Shown: one piece after another, positions 57,439 to 64,000 of the stretch
Position numbering within the stretch: the first letter of the stretch is position 1
How the letters are laid out: each line of letters starts with the position of its first letter
From: Candidatus Omnitrophota bacterium
GTDB taxonomy: Bacteria > Omnitrophota > Gorgyraeia > Duberdicusellales > 4484-171
NCBI GenBank assembly: GCA_043823745.1
Contig: JBDRAN010000028.1
Coordinates: forward strand, 67,116 to 131,115
Reading direction: 5' to 3'
Length of the DNA stretch: 64,000 bases
Translations under genes and position numbers: made by a program
Notes under the pieces: model-generated
What the model was told of the DNA's origin: nothing
The model's database searches: none
Seen by the model: only the letters and a program-made list of their open reading frames with translations

Positions 57439-57719
57439 TACTACGCTATGTTTTATGCGACAGAAGCGGTATTGCTTACGAAAAATTTGTCATTCTCTTC
57501 TCACAAAGCGGTGATTTCCGCCTTTGGAGAGCACTTTGTCAAAACTGGATTTTTTCCAAAGATATGGGCAGAGAACTTAACCGGGCGTTTGAGAAAAAAC
57601 AATTAGGGGATTATAGCGCTGCTTTTGTAATCTCTCAAGAGGAAGCCAGAGAATTACTTGAAGAAGGTAATGAATTTATACGTAAGATTACCCAACATTT
57701 AAAAGAGCTCGGAGCATAG
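57439..57719 (+). pseudogene. HEPN toxin gene, C-terminal part, with a +/-1 frameshift in a T6 run near 57545
   Basis: [38 protein letters not shown], then a frame switch to ...[54 protein letters not shown]. Confidence 0.6.
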
Positions 57720-57789
57720 CTACATTCTCATTAAAGGCCTACTATGCCGTATCCCATCGTTCCGCGGCTGCGTGTTAAAACGGGAGCAG

Positions 57790-58090
57790 TTAAGAAATGA
57801 AAAACACCATGAACAAAAAAAAGAATTCCGTTAGCGCACTCGTAACTTTTATTCTAATCTGTTTCCCAGCAGCCCCCGGTTTTACCCAAGGAACCCAGGG
57901 CACCCTCGCACTAAAAGGCCCCCAGTTTAATAAGACGCGCGTTGCCAAAGAAATCCAGGGGGAAGTGACATGGATAGCCCGTGACCGCATTGCTCTTGTC
58001 TTTAGCAGCACCGCCGATAGCGAGCAAGAGATACTGCTTCCCTTTGACGCGGATGCCCAGATTGTGCACAAGAGATTGAGGAATTCATAA
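57790..58090 (+). pseudogene. Truncated copy of a small secreted protein (paralog of 59003-59476)
   Basis: Signal peptide plus the shared QFNKTRVAKEIQGEVTW...LLPFDADAQIVHK segment, about 90% nucleotide identity over about 150 bp. It ends prematurely relative to the paralog. Confidence 0.5.
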
Positions 58091-58185
58091 AAGAAATGAG
58101 TTATGAAGAGTTTGTAACCACCAAAGTGAACGCCATTGGAAAGGTGCATGGATTCAACCTGCGAGGTTGAATCGGTGAAAAGGTT

Positions 58186-58578
58186 ATGAAGGAAGAGACC
58201 AAAAATTGGTTAGAGATGGTTGAGTATGATTTAGCTACGGCTCAAGAAATGTTTAAGGCAGGCCGTTATGTCTATGTTATTTTTATGTGTCATCTGGCTA
58301 CCGAGAAGGTTCTGAAAGCGATAATCTGCGAAGAGACAAATAAGGTTCCTCCCAAAACACATGATTTAATTTATTTGGTTAATCTTGGGAAAGTTGAGCT
58401 GTCTAGTGATTTGCTGGATTTTCTTGGCATAATAAATAATGCCGGTATAGTAACAAGGTATCCTGAAGATTTATCAAAACTTGTTTTAAGTTATCCCGAA
58501 GAAGTCGCTAAGAAATATTTAGACAAAACACAAGAGGTAATAAAATGCATAAAGCAAGACCCGAGGTTAAAGAAATAA
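58186..58578 (+). CDS. HEPN-domain toxin
   Basis: WLEMVEYDLATAQEMFKAGRY...HLATEKVLKA HEPN pattern. Overlaps the downstream MNT gene. Confidence 0.7.
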   Translation: MKEETKNWLEMVEYDLATAQEMFKAGRYVYVIFMCHLATEKVLKAIICEETNKVPPKTHDLIYLVNLGKVELSSDLLDFLGIINNAGIVTRYPEDLSKLVLSYPEEVAKKYLDKTQEVIKCIKQDPRLKK

Positions 58579-58868
58579 TAGAAGAATATAAACAAGCGTT
58601 AAAAGCATTGGGAATTAATGCTGAAGGTGTGATTCTTTACGGTTCACATGTATTAGGAAATCAGAGAGAAGACAGCGATATAGATGTGATGGTTGTCTCA
58701 AAAGATTTTAGAAATTTAAACTTACGAGAGAGGCTTGAGATTTTGGGTATAGCAGCCGCAAGGATGCACAAACCCATTGAAGCAAAGGGATATACCCCAG
58801 AAGAAATAGAGGCGGCTCAAGAAGCCAGTTTTTTAAAAGAAATTTTAGAAGGGGGGGTTAGTATTTAA
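58545..58868 (+). CDS. MNT nucleotidyltransferase antitoxin
   Basis: ILYGSHVLGNQREDSDIDVMVV motif. Confidence 0.75.
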   Translation: MHKARPEVKEIIEEYKQALKALGINAEGVILYGSHVLGNQREDSDIDVMVVSKDFRNLNLRERLEILGIAAARMHKPIEAKGYTPEEIEAAQEASFLKEILEGGVSI

Positions 58869-58923
58869 GAGGTGAGGCCTCCAAACAGAGTGAGAGAAAA
58901 AGTGTGTAGCATACCAGTGCACT

Positions 58924-58961
58924 CTGTTGGGTAGCCCAACGGGACACCCTGTTGGGTAGCC
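58924..58961. repeat. Palindromic dispersed repeat (ctgttgggtagcc-caacgggacacc-ctgttgggtagcc), second copy at 50218-50243 in opposite orientation
   Basis: The reverse complement of 50218-50243 (ggctacccagcagggtgtcctgttgg) matches 58936-58961 with two mismatches. Confidence 0.65.
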
Positions 58962-59002
58962 GAAGTACCCTCGTAGAGGATGATGAACCTTAGTTAGAAA
59001 AA

Positions 59003-59476
59003 ATGCACAAACAATCAAGCGTCATGAACATGAGGAAACATTATATTGGTGCGCTCATAATTTTTATTCTAATCAGTTTTCTGGCAACTTCCGGTTTTGC
59101 CCGGGACACCCCCGAATTAAAAAAGCCCCAGTTTAATAAGACGCGCGTTGCCAAAGAAATCCAGGGGGAAGTAACCTGGCTGGCCCGTGACCGCATTGCC
59201 GTTGTCTTTAGCAGCACCGCAGATAGCGAACAAGAGATGCTGCTTCCCTTTGATGCGGATGTCCAGATTGTACATAAAAAAGGATTACGCGACATCGGCG
59301 TCGGCGACGCGGTAAGTGTTGCGTACGAAGAGGTAACCGAGGAAACGCCGGAAGGCGCAAAAACCAGGCGTAAGGCAAAATCAATAACTTTTTTACGCAA
59401 GGCTCCGGCTAAGCCGACCCCTTATGGCGTAGAGGACAAAGATACGGGAGTGTTGGTTAGCGGCGTTGGGGAGTAG
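59003..59476 (+). CDS. Small secreted protein of unknown function (full-length paralog)
   Basis: Signal peptide IGALIIFILISFLATSGFA and conserved core. 157 aa. Confidence 0.55.
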   Translation: MHKQSSVMNMRKHYIGALIIFILISFLATSGFARDTPELKKPQFNKTRVAKEIQGEVTWLARDRIAVVFSSTADSEQEMLLPFDADVQIVHKKGLRDIGVGDAVSVAYEEVTEETPEGAKTRRKAKSITFLRKAPAKPTPYGVEDKDTGVLVSGVGE

Positions 59477-59550
59477 TAAGCAAGTTTGATAAACGTTGTG
59501 CGAAACCCGGTAATGTTACCTAATATGGAAGGCTTCATTTTTAAATCTTT

Positions 59551-59844
59551 ATGATCGGGCAGAATATTCAAAAAGTAATACGTACGATACATGCTGGCGC
59601 GCGAAAGGCTGCCGGTAATTTCGGCATGCCGGATGCAACAGCGACCCGCGTTGGCCGCTCGCTGCGTTCCGCCCGCGTTCTTCTGTCGTTAGTACTAACC
59701 TTTCTACTTATTATCGCCGGCCTGCTTTTCTTTGTACCTGAGGCGCGGGCCTATCAGATTAAGCGGGTGGTGAGAGGAAATACAACGTTGGACTTAACCA
59801 TTTTTGGAATAAATAAGGTGGAAGGGGCGTTTGGAGGTAGTTAA
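59551..59844 (+). pseudogene. N-terminal 97-aa fragment paralogous to the giant sequon-rich protein (61286->)
   Basis: Shares RSLRSARVLLSLV..LL..AGLLFFV..ARAYQIKRVVRGN.T with the N-terminus of the giant protein. It terminates 3 nt before an MNT gene. Confidence 0.55.
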
Positions 59845-59846
59845 AG

Positions 59847-60152
59847 ATGGGAGTTAGATTAGATGCGATAACTAATTATGCCAAGAAGATAAAACAGAGA
59901 TTCCATCCTGAAGAAATTATTCTTTTTGGTTCATACGCGGTTCGAAGGGCAAGCAAAGATAGCGATGTTGATTTGTTAGTAATTATGGAGACTAAACGAA
60001 GGCCAGTAGAGCAGGCTGTACTTATAAGAAAAGAATTGCCCTCTCCTTTCCCCCTAGACCTCATGGTAAGAAAACCAAAAGACATAAAGGAAAGAATAAA
60101 AGAAGGGGATTTCTTTTTGAAAGCAATCCTCGAAACGGGTAAAAGATTATGA
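59847..60152 (+). CDS. MNT nucleotidyltransferase antitoxin
   Basis: LFGSYAVRRASKDSDVDLLVIM motif. Confidence 0.75.
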   Translation: MGVRLDAITNYAKKIKQRFHPEEIILFGSYAVRRASKDSDVDLLVIMETKRRPVEQAVLIRKELPSPFPLDLMVRKPKDIKERIKEGDFFLKAILETGKRL

Positions 60153-60202
60153 AGGAGTTAACTAAGGAGTGGATTAAAAAAGCAAAGGAGGAGAGAAGAT
60201 AA
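60149..60202 (+). pseudogene. 17-codon remnant of a HEPN gene
   Basis: MKELTKEWIKKAKEERR* matches HEPN N-termini (compare EWLxKAEEDL) and stops prematurely. Confidence 0.4.
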
Positions 60203-60299
60203 TTTCAACATTTCTGCCATATAAGGAAAAGGTGCGTAAGAAGTGTAGAGGTCAGATGGGGTTGCGGGAAGAAGAAACTAGGAGGAGAGGGGTTTAACG

Positions 60300-60635
60300 G
60301 TGAGCGATAATCTTCGTAAAGAAAAATTAGAAGCTGAATTTAAAAGAATCGTAGAGATATTGATACATAAATATTCTCCCGAGGAATTGATTGTTTTTGG
60401 TTCGTTTGCGCGCGGTACCATAGGTGAGAACAGCGATATAGATTTAGTAATTATAAAGAAGACACATAAGAAATTTACTGAAAGAATCGGAGAAGTAATA
60501 GAACTCTGTCATCCTACGATGGCAGTTGATTTTATTGTCTATACTCCTGAAGAATTTGCGCGCCTCGAAACAAAAGAAGACTTTATAAAAAAGGAAGTGG
60601 TGGAAAAGGGAAAAGTGATTTATGTTAAACAATAA
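60300..60635 (+). CDS. MNT nucleotidyltransferase antitoxin (GTG start)
   Basis: VFGSFARGTIGENSDIDLVII motif. RBS AGGAGGAGAGGGG upstream. Confidence 0.75.
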   Translation: MSDNLRKEKLEAEFKRIVEILIHKYSPEELIVFGSFARGTIGENSDIDLVIIKKTHKKFTERIGEVIELCHPTMAVDFIVYTPEEFARLETKEDFIKKEVVEKGKVIYVKQ

Positions 60636-61056
60636 CGAAACGAATAAATATGGTTTTTCGGTGTGGCTACAATTTGCTGAGGAGGACCTTCTTTCAGCTG
60701 AGGCTCTTTTAGAGAAGAAGATACATAATCAGGTCTGTTTTCATAGCCAGCAATCAGTAGAAAAGATACTCAAAGCCTTCCTAAAATCTCAGAAGATACT
60801 ACCACCTAAGATCCATAGCTTGTTAGAATTATTGGAGATGTGTAAAGAAAAGAATAACAAGTTTTGTACACTTCAGAAGGGATGCGCATATTTGAGCAGG
60901 TTTTATCTGTCGGTTAGATATCCAGATGCTTTAGCAGGTGTTTTACCAGAAGGGTTGCCGAGTTTCGAAGAAGCTAAGAGGTCATTGGCCTTTGCCGAAG
61001 AGATTATTGCATTTGTAAAGAAAATATTGTTAAGCCAAAGGAATTCCAGCGTGTAG
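60622..61056 (+). CDS. HEPN-domain toxin
   Basis: WLQFAEEDLLSAEALLEKKI...HSQQSVEKILKAFL HEPN pattern. Overlaps the MNT gene. Confidence 0.7.
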   Translation: MLNNNETNKYGFSVWLQFAEEDLLSAEALLEKKIHNQVCFHSQQSVEKILKAFLKSQKILPPKIHSLLELLEMCKEKNNKFCTLQKGCAYLSRFYLSVRYPDALAGVLPEGLPSFEEAKRSLAFAEEIIAFVKKILLSQRNSSV

Positions 61057-61225
61057 GTGGGAAAGGTTAATTTAGGGGGAGAGGGTTAATTCGACAAGAT
61101 GTCACAAAATGAGCATTGTTGAAAGTGTCAACCTAAGGATAGAAAGAGATGGGTAAGAAGGAAAAAAGAAGGTTAAGCGTCAGCGAAAACACTCCCTTTC
61201 CCATTCCAATGCGGGTTTGGAAGGG

Positions 61226-61266
61226 GTTAATTGCACAGATAAGGTTGAACCTTAAGTGTGCAATTA
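61226..61266. promoter_or_regulatory. Inverted repeat TTAATTGCACA-N19-TGTGCAATTAA, 20 nt upstream of the giant gene start (candidate operator)
   Basis: 11-bp perfect arms. A related ggttaatt motif also occurs at about 61066 and about 61085. Confidence 0.4.
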
Positions 61267-61285
61267 AGGGTGCAGTATAGGCTAT

Positions 61286-64000
61286 ATGCGGCAGGGAATT
61301 AAAAAAATATTTATTCAGACAATTAATGGCCTCAAGAGGACATTGGGTGCACGCGCGGCCGGCGCGCAGGTAAGCCGCCTTTCGTACTCTTTACGCTCGG
61401 CGAGAGTGTTTGCCTCTTTAGTGTTCATTCTTCTTGTCGCAGCCGCCGGCTTGTTTTTCTTTGTGCGCCAGGCGCATGCCTATCAGATTAAGCGTATTAT
61501 CAGGGGTAATTACACATTTCTAATAGGTACAGAGGCAACTACCATAGATATCAGCGGGCAGCTTGGCGGTACGGGGATTAACAATAGCAATGCCTTTATC
61601 CTTTTGAGCAGGCGTCATACAAGCGATTCGCATTCCGCCGGAGATATCCTTAATGTAATCGATGACCCCACAAACTTGCTCTTGGCGCGTATTAATTCTG
61701 CTACTAATGTTAGTACTGAGTATCAGGTGGTTGAGTTTAATTCAGGCGTGAGTGTTCAGTCAGGCATTACCACCATACCTGAGACTAAGGCAAATAAGAC
61801 CATTACCCTTCCTGATAGTGTCAATGTAAGCAGGTCTATTCCGATTTTAAGCTGGAAATCGTTTAGGACATCAACCAGAGCTGATGAGATGAATTTTTTT
61901 GCGGCGAATATCACTTCAGCTGATACCTTATTTATCGGCCGCTCGGAAACCAGAAGCGGCTTTAATAATGATATTGCCTATCAGGTTGTAGAGTTTGACC
62001 GCGACGTTAATGTTACCAAAGGCCAGACGCTTCTTACCGGAACTTCTGTTGATGCCACGGTTTCTCTTACTGATATGAATAAAACATGGTTAGTATTTAA
62101 CACCATGCCTTCGGGAACCATCAACGGTGAAGACGGTGCATACCCGGTGAGGGGTTACTTAACCAATAATTCCAACCTGCGCTTTGAACGGTTTGATACT
62201 GTGGGTAATGTGACTATTTACTGGTTTTTGGCGGAATTTCAAAATAATGCATTGACGCAGACTGCAACCTCTTGGCAGAACGCTACTAATATAAGCAACA
62301 CTAATCTGAGCGTCTCGCCCCAATGGGATTTAAACAGAACCACGTTTTTTCATTCCGTAAGTCTTCAGTCAATCAACCAAACCGACGGTGAGCTCTTCTT
62401 TACCACGGCCCAGCTTAATCAAACGAGCAATGATGTTAATTTGACTGTCAGAAGAGATCTTGCGAGAAATAGCGCGCTGGGAATTGCCGCCAGCATTATA
62501 GAGTTTCCCTCTTTAGATGTGATTACTCCTAACGGAGGAGAAGGTTTGACTGTAGGCCAAACACAGGCGATTACCTGGAAACACGCTGACTCGGCGGCAG
62601 GTCATGACCTGACTATTGCTTTATGTAAAAGCGGCTGTGACCAGATCGCTAATTACAATATTCTGGTCGCAAGTAACGTCAATGCTTCAAACGATACTTA
62701 TAACTGGACTATCGGGAATACGGTCAACAGCACCGCTAATCCTATTAACGGCACCCTGCGTGTTGCGCTTATCGATACGACCGCCCGCAGCTGGGCAACG
62801 ACCAATCAGACAAGCCGCAACTGGGATATTTCCAATAATAACTTTACCATTAACGGTTCAGTGACCATGATTCTTCCCGACGGGGGCGAGACCTGGTATA
62901 TCGGAGAGCTGCGAGATATCACTTGGGATAAGACCGGTAATTTTAACTATACTTCATTTAATATTACCTTATCCGATAACGGGGGTAGCAGTTATGCCAC
63001 GGTTATTAACGGTGATGTCACGCAAAATCAGACCATGGCAAACTGCGACGAGAATGACAATACCTGCTCCTACGCCTGGAGCGTGCCCAAGGGATTTGGA
63101 AGTAATTATAAGGTTAAGGTTTCGCTTAATTCAAATTACCCGACGCCGGTTAATACTACAACAACCGGCGTTTTTACGATTACCGGCGATATGAACTTAA
63201 CGCTGCCGGTAGGCGGTGAGGCTTGGTATGTCAATGATACCGCGCGCGCCATCAACTGGACCAAACACGGAAACTATAGTGGCATTTCGAATTTTAATAT
63301 CACCTTATCTACTGATGGCGGTGGAAGTTATACCACGGTTGTCGCGGCCGGGGTTAATCAGACCGGAAACTGCTCCGGAGATAATTGCTCCTATGCCTGG
63401 AACCCGCTGTACTATAATTCAAATAAAACCCTGCGCGTTAAAGTCAATCTTATGTCCGAACCGGTCAATATTACCGGGAGCTCAAGTAGTAATTTCAGCA
63501 TTAAAGGAAAACTCAATGTTACCGCGCCGACTACCGGAGACAGCTGGTATGCTTCGACGTATCACGATATTGCCTGGACCCGGTACGGTAACTGGACCTC
63601 GCCCGGAGCCCCGTACGGCGCCAACTCCGTAAACTTAAGTTATTATTTTCCCGCTGAAGGAATCAATTACACGATTATGGATAATATTACCGGAAGCTGT
63701 ACTAATTACGCAACGTATTCTAATTGTACCTATAATTGGACGGTTGACCCGGGCGCGGTGGGCGCTAACGTGCGCGTGGTTGCAACAAGCACTCAGGATC
63801 CGGCGCTGCAGATTTCCAATGAGTCACAATCGTTCGCTGTCTCGGCCTATGTTACCGTTACCAAGCCTACGGGCCTGCAGAATTTTACTATCGGCGAAGC
63901 AATGAACGTGAGCTGGAATCTTTCGGGTAATTTCCCATCAAGCCACGTTTGGTATTCCAAGAATAACGCCACAAACTGGGTGCGCGTCACGGACACAGCA
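61286..64000 (+). CDS. Giant secreted or anchored repeat protein saturated with N-X-S/T sequons (3'-partial; at least 905 aa in the window); putative N-glycosylated surface/S-layer-like protein
   Basis: Open frame from ATG 61286 to the window end (this is why it is absent from the ORF track). N-terminal TM/signal LVFILLVAAAGLFFFV. Repeated ~100-aa modules GGE.WY...W.K.GN(F/Y)..(F)NITLS..GG.SY.TV. At least 50 N-x-S/T tripeptides. Confidence 0.75.
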   Translation, partial: MRQGIKKIFIQTINGLKRTLGARAAGAQVSRLSYSLRSARVFASLVFILLVAAAGLFFFVRQAHAYQIKRIIRGNYTFLIGTEATTIDISGQLGGTGINNSNAFILLSRRHTSDSHSAGDILNVIDDPTNLLLARINSATNVSTEYQVVEFNSGVSVQSGITTIPETKANKTITLPDSVNVSRSIPILSWKSFRTSTRADEMNFFAANITSADTLFIGRSETRSGFNNDIAYQVVEFDRDVNVTKGQTLLTGTSVDATVSLTDMNKTWLVFNTMPSGTINGEDGAYPVRGYLTNNSNLRFERFDTVGNVTIYWFLAEFQNNALTQTATSWQNATNISNTNLSVSPQWDLNRTTFFHSVSLQSINQTDGELFFTTAQLNQTSNDVNLTVRRDLARNSALGIAASIIEFPSLDVITPNGGEGLTVGQTQAITWKHADSAAGHDLTIALCKSGCDQIANYNILVASNVNASNDTYNWTIGNTVNSTANPINGTLRVALIDTTARSWATTNQTSRNWDISNNNFTINGSVTMILPDGGETWYIGELRDITWDKTGNFNYTSFNITLSDNGGSSYATVINGDVTQNQTMANCDENDNTCSYAWSVPKGFGSNYKVKVSLNSNYPTPVNTTTTGVFTITGDMNLTLPVGGEAWYVNDTARAINWTKHGNYSGISNFNITLSTDGGGSYTTVVAAGVNQTGNCSGDNCSYAWNPLYYNSNKTLRVKVNLMSEPVNITGSSSSNFSIKGKLNVTAPTTGDSWYASTYHDIAWTRYGNWTSPGAPYGANSVNLSYYFPAEGINYTIMDNITGSCTNYATYSNCTYNWTVDPGAVGANVRVVATSTQDPALQISNESQSFAVSAYVTVTKPTGLQNFTIGEAMNVSWNLSGNFPSSHVWYSKNNATNWVRVTDTA

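Noticed and set aside
62616-63632. ORFs 62616-62864, 62994-63194 and 63216-63632 from the six-frame track
   Set aside because: They are alternative-frame ORFs inside the long open frame 61286-64000, which is coherent, repeat-structured and sequon-rich. They are treated as spurious.
1-64000. tRNA or rRNA genes
   Set aside because: No cloverleaf-compatible segments with conserved T-loop (GTTCRANYC) or anticodon-stem features were seen, and there are no rRNA-like conserved blocks. None are called.

Overview
This is a 64 kb window from what is probably an uncultivated bacterium; the phylum is not assigned and no rRNA or tRNA was seen. It holds three blocks. (1) Positions 1-39899: a partial two-component pair, then a ~38 kb glycan/protein-glycosylation locus. 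It encodes an STT3/AglB/PglB-type oligosaccharyltransferase (WWDFGDW motif), three GT2 enzymes, one GT4, one GT9 heptosyltransferase and three GT-C-like membrane transferases (one of them TMTC-like with TPR repeats). It also encodes an NDP-heptose pathway (GmhA, a bifunctional nucleotidyltransferase/kinase, a second sugar nucleotidyltransferase, SDR epimerases, an RmlD-like reductase and a split transketolase), a NUDIX hydrolase, methyltransferases and ten radical SAM enzymes, six of them cobalamin-binding. Genes are tightly coupled and arranged as two convergent operon blocks. (2) Positions 40096-54999: a secretin module. It starts with a MerR-like HTH and an ExeA/MshM-like AAA ATPase, followed by coiled-coil proteins and two paralogous PilQ/MshL-like secretins. 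Each secretin is followed by a coiled-coil lipoprotein with a C-terminal TPR domain; one of these is a 1,281-aa repeat-expanded coiled coil. Two lipoproteins close the module. (3) Positions 55497-64000: an island of four HEPN/MNT toxin-antitoxin pairs. One HEPN gene is split by an IS607-like remnant carrying an intact TnpB. The island also holds duplicated or truncated small secreted-protein genes and the 5' 2.7 kb of a giant secreted protein saturated with N-X-S/T sequons, which is a plausible substrate for the oligosaccharyltransferase. Intergenic regions carry a dispersed GC-rich repeat family (one 27-bp tandem array), gene-specific short motif repeats and several perfect hairpins.
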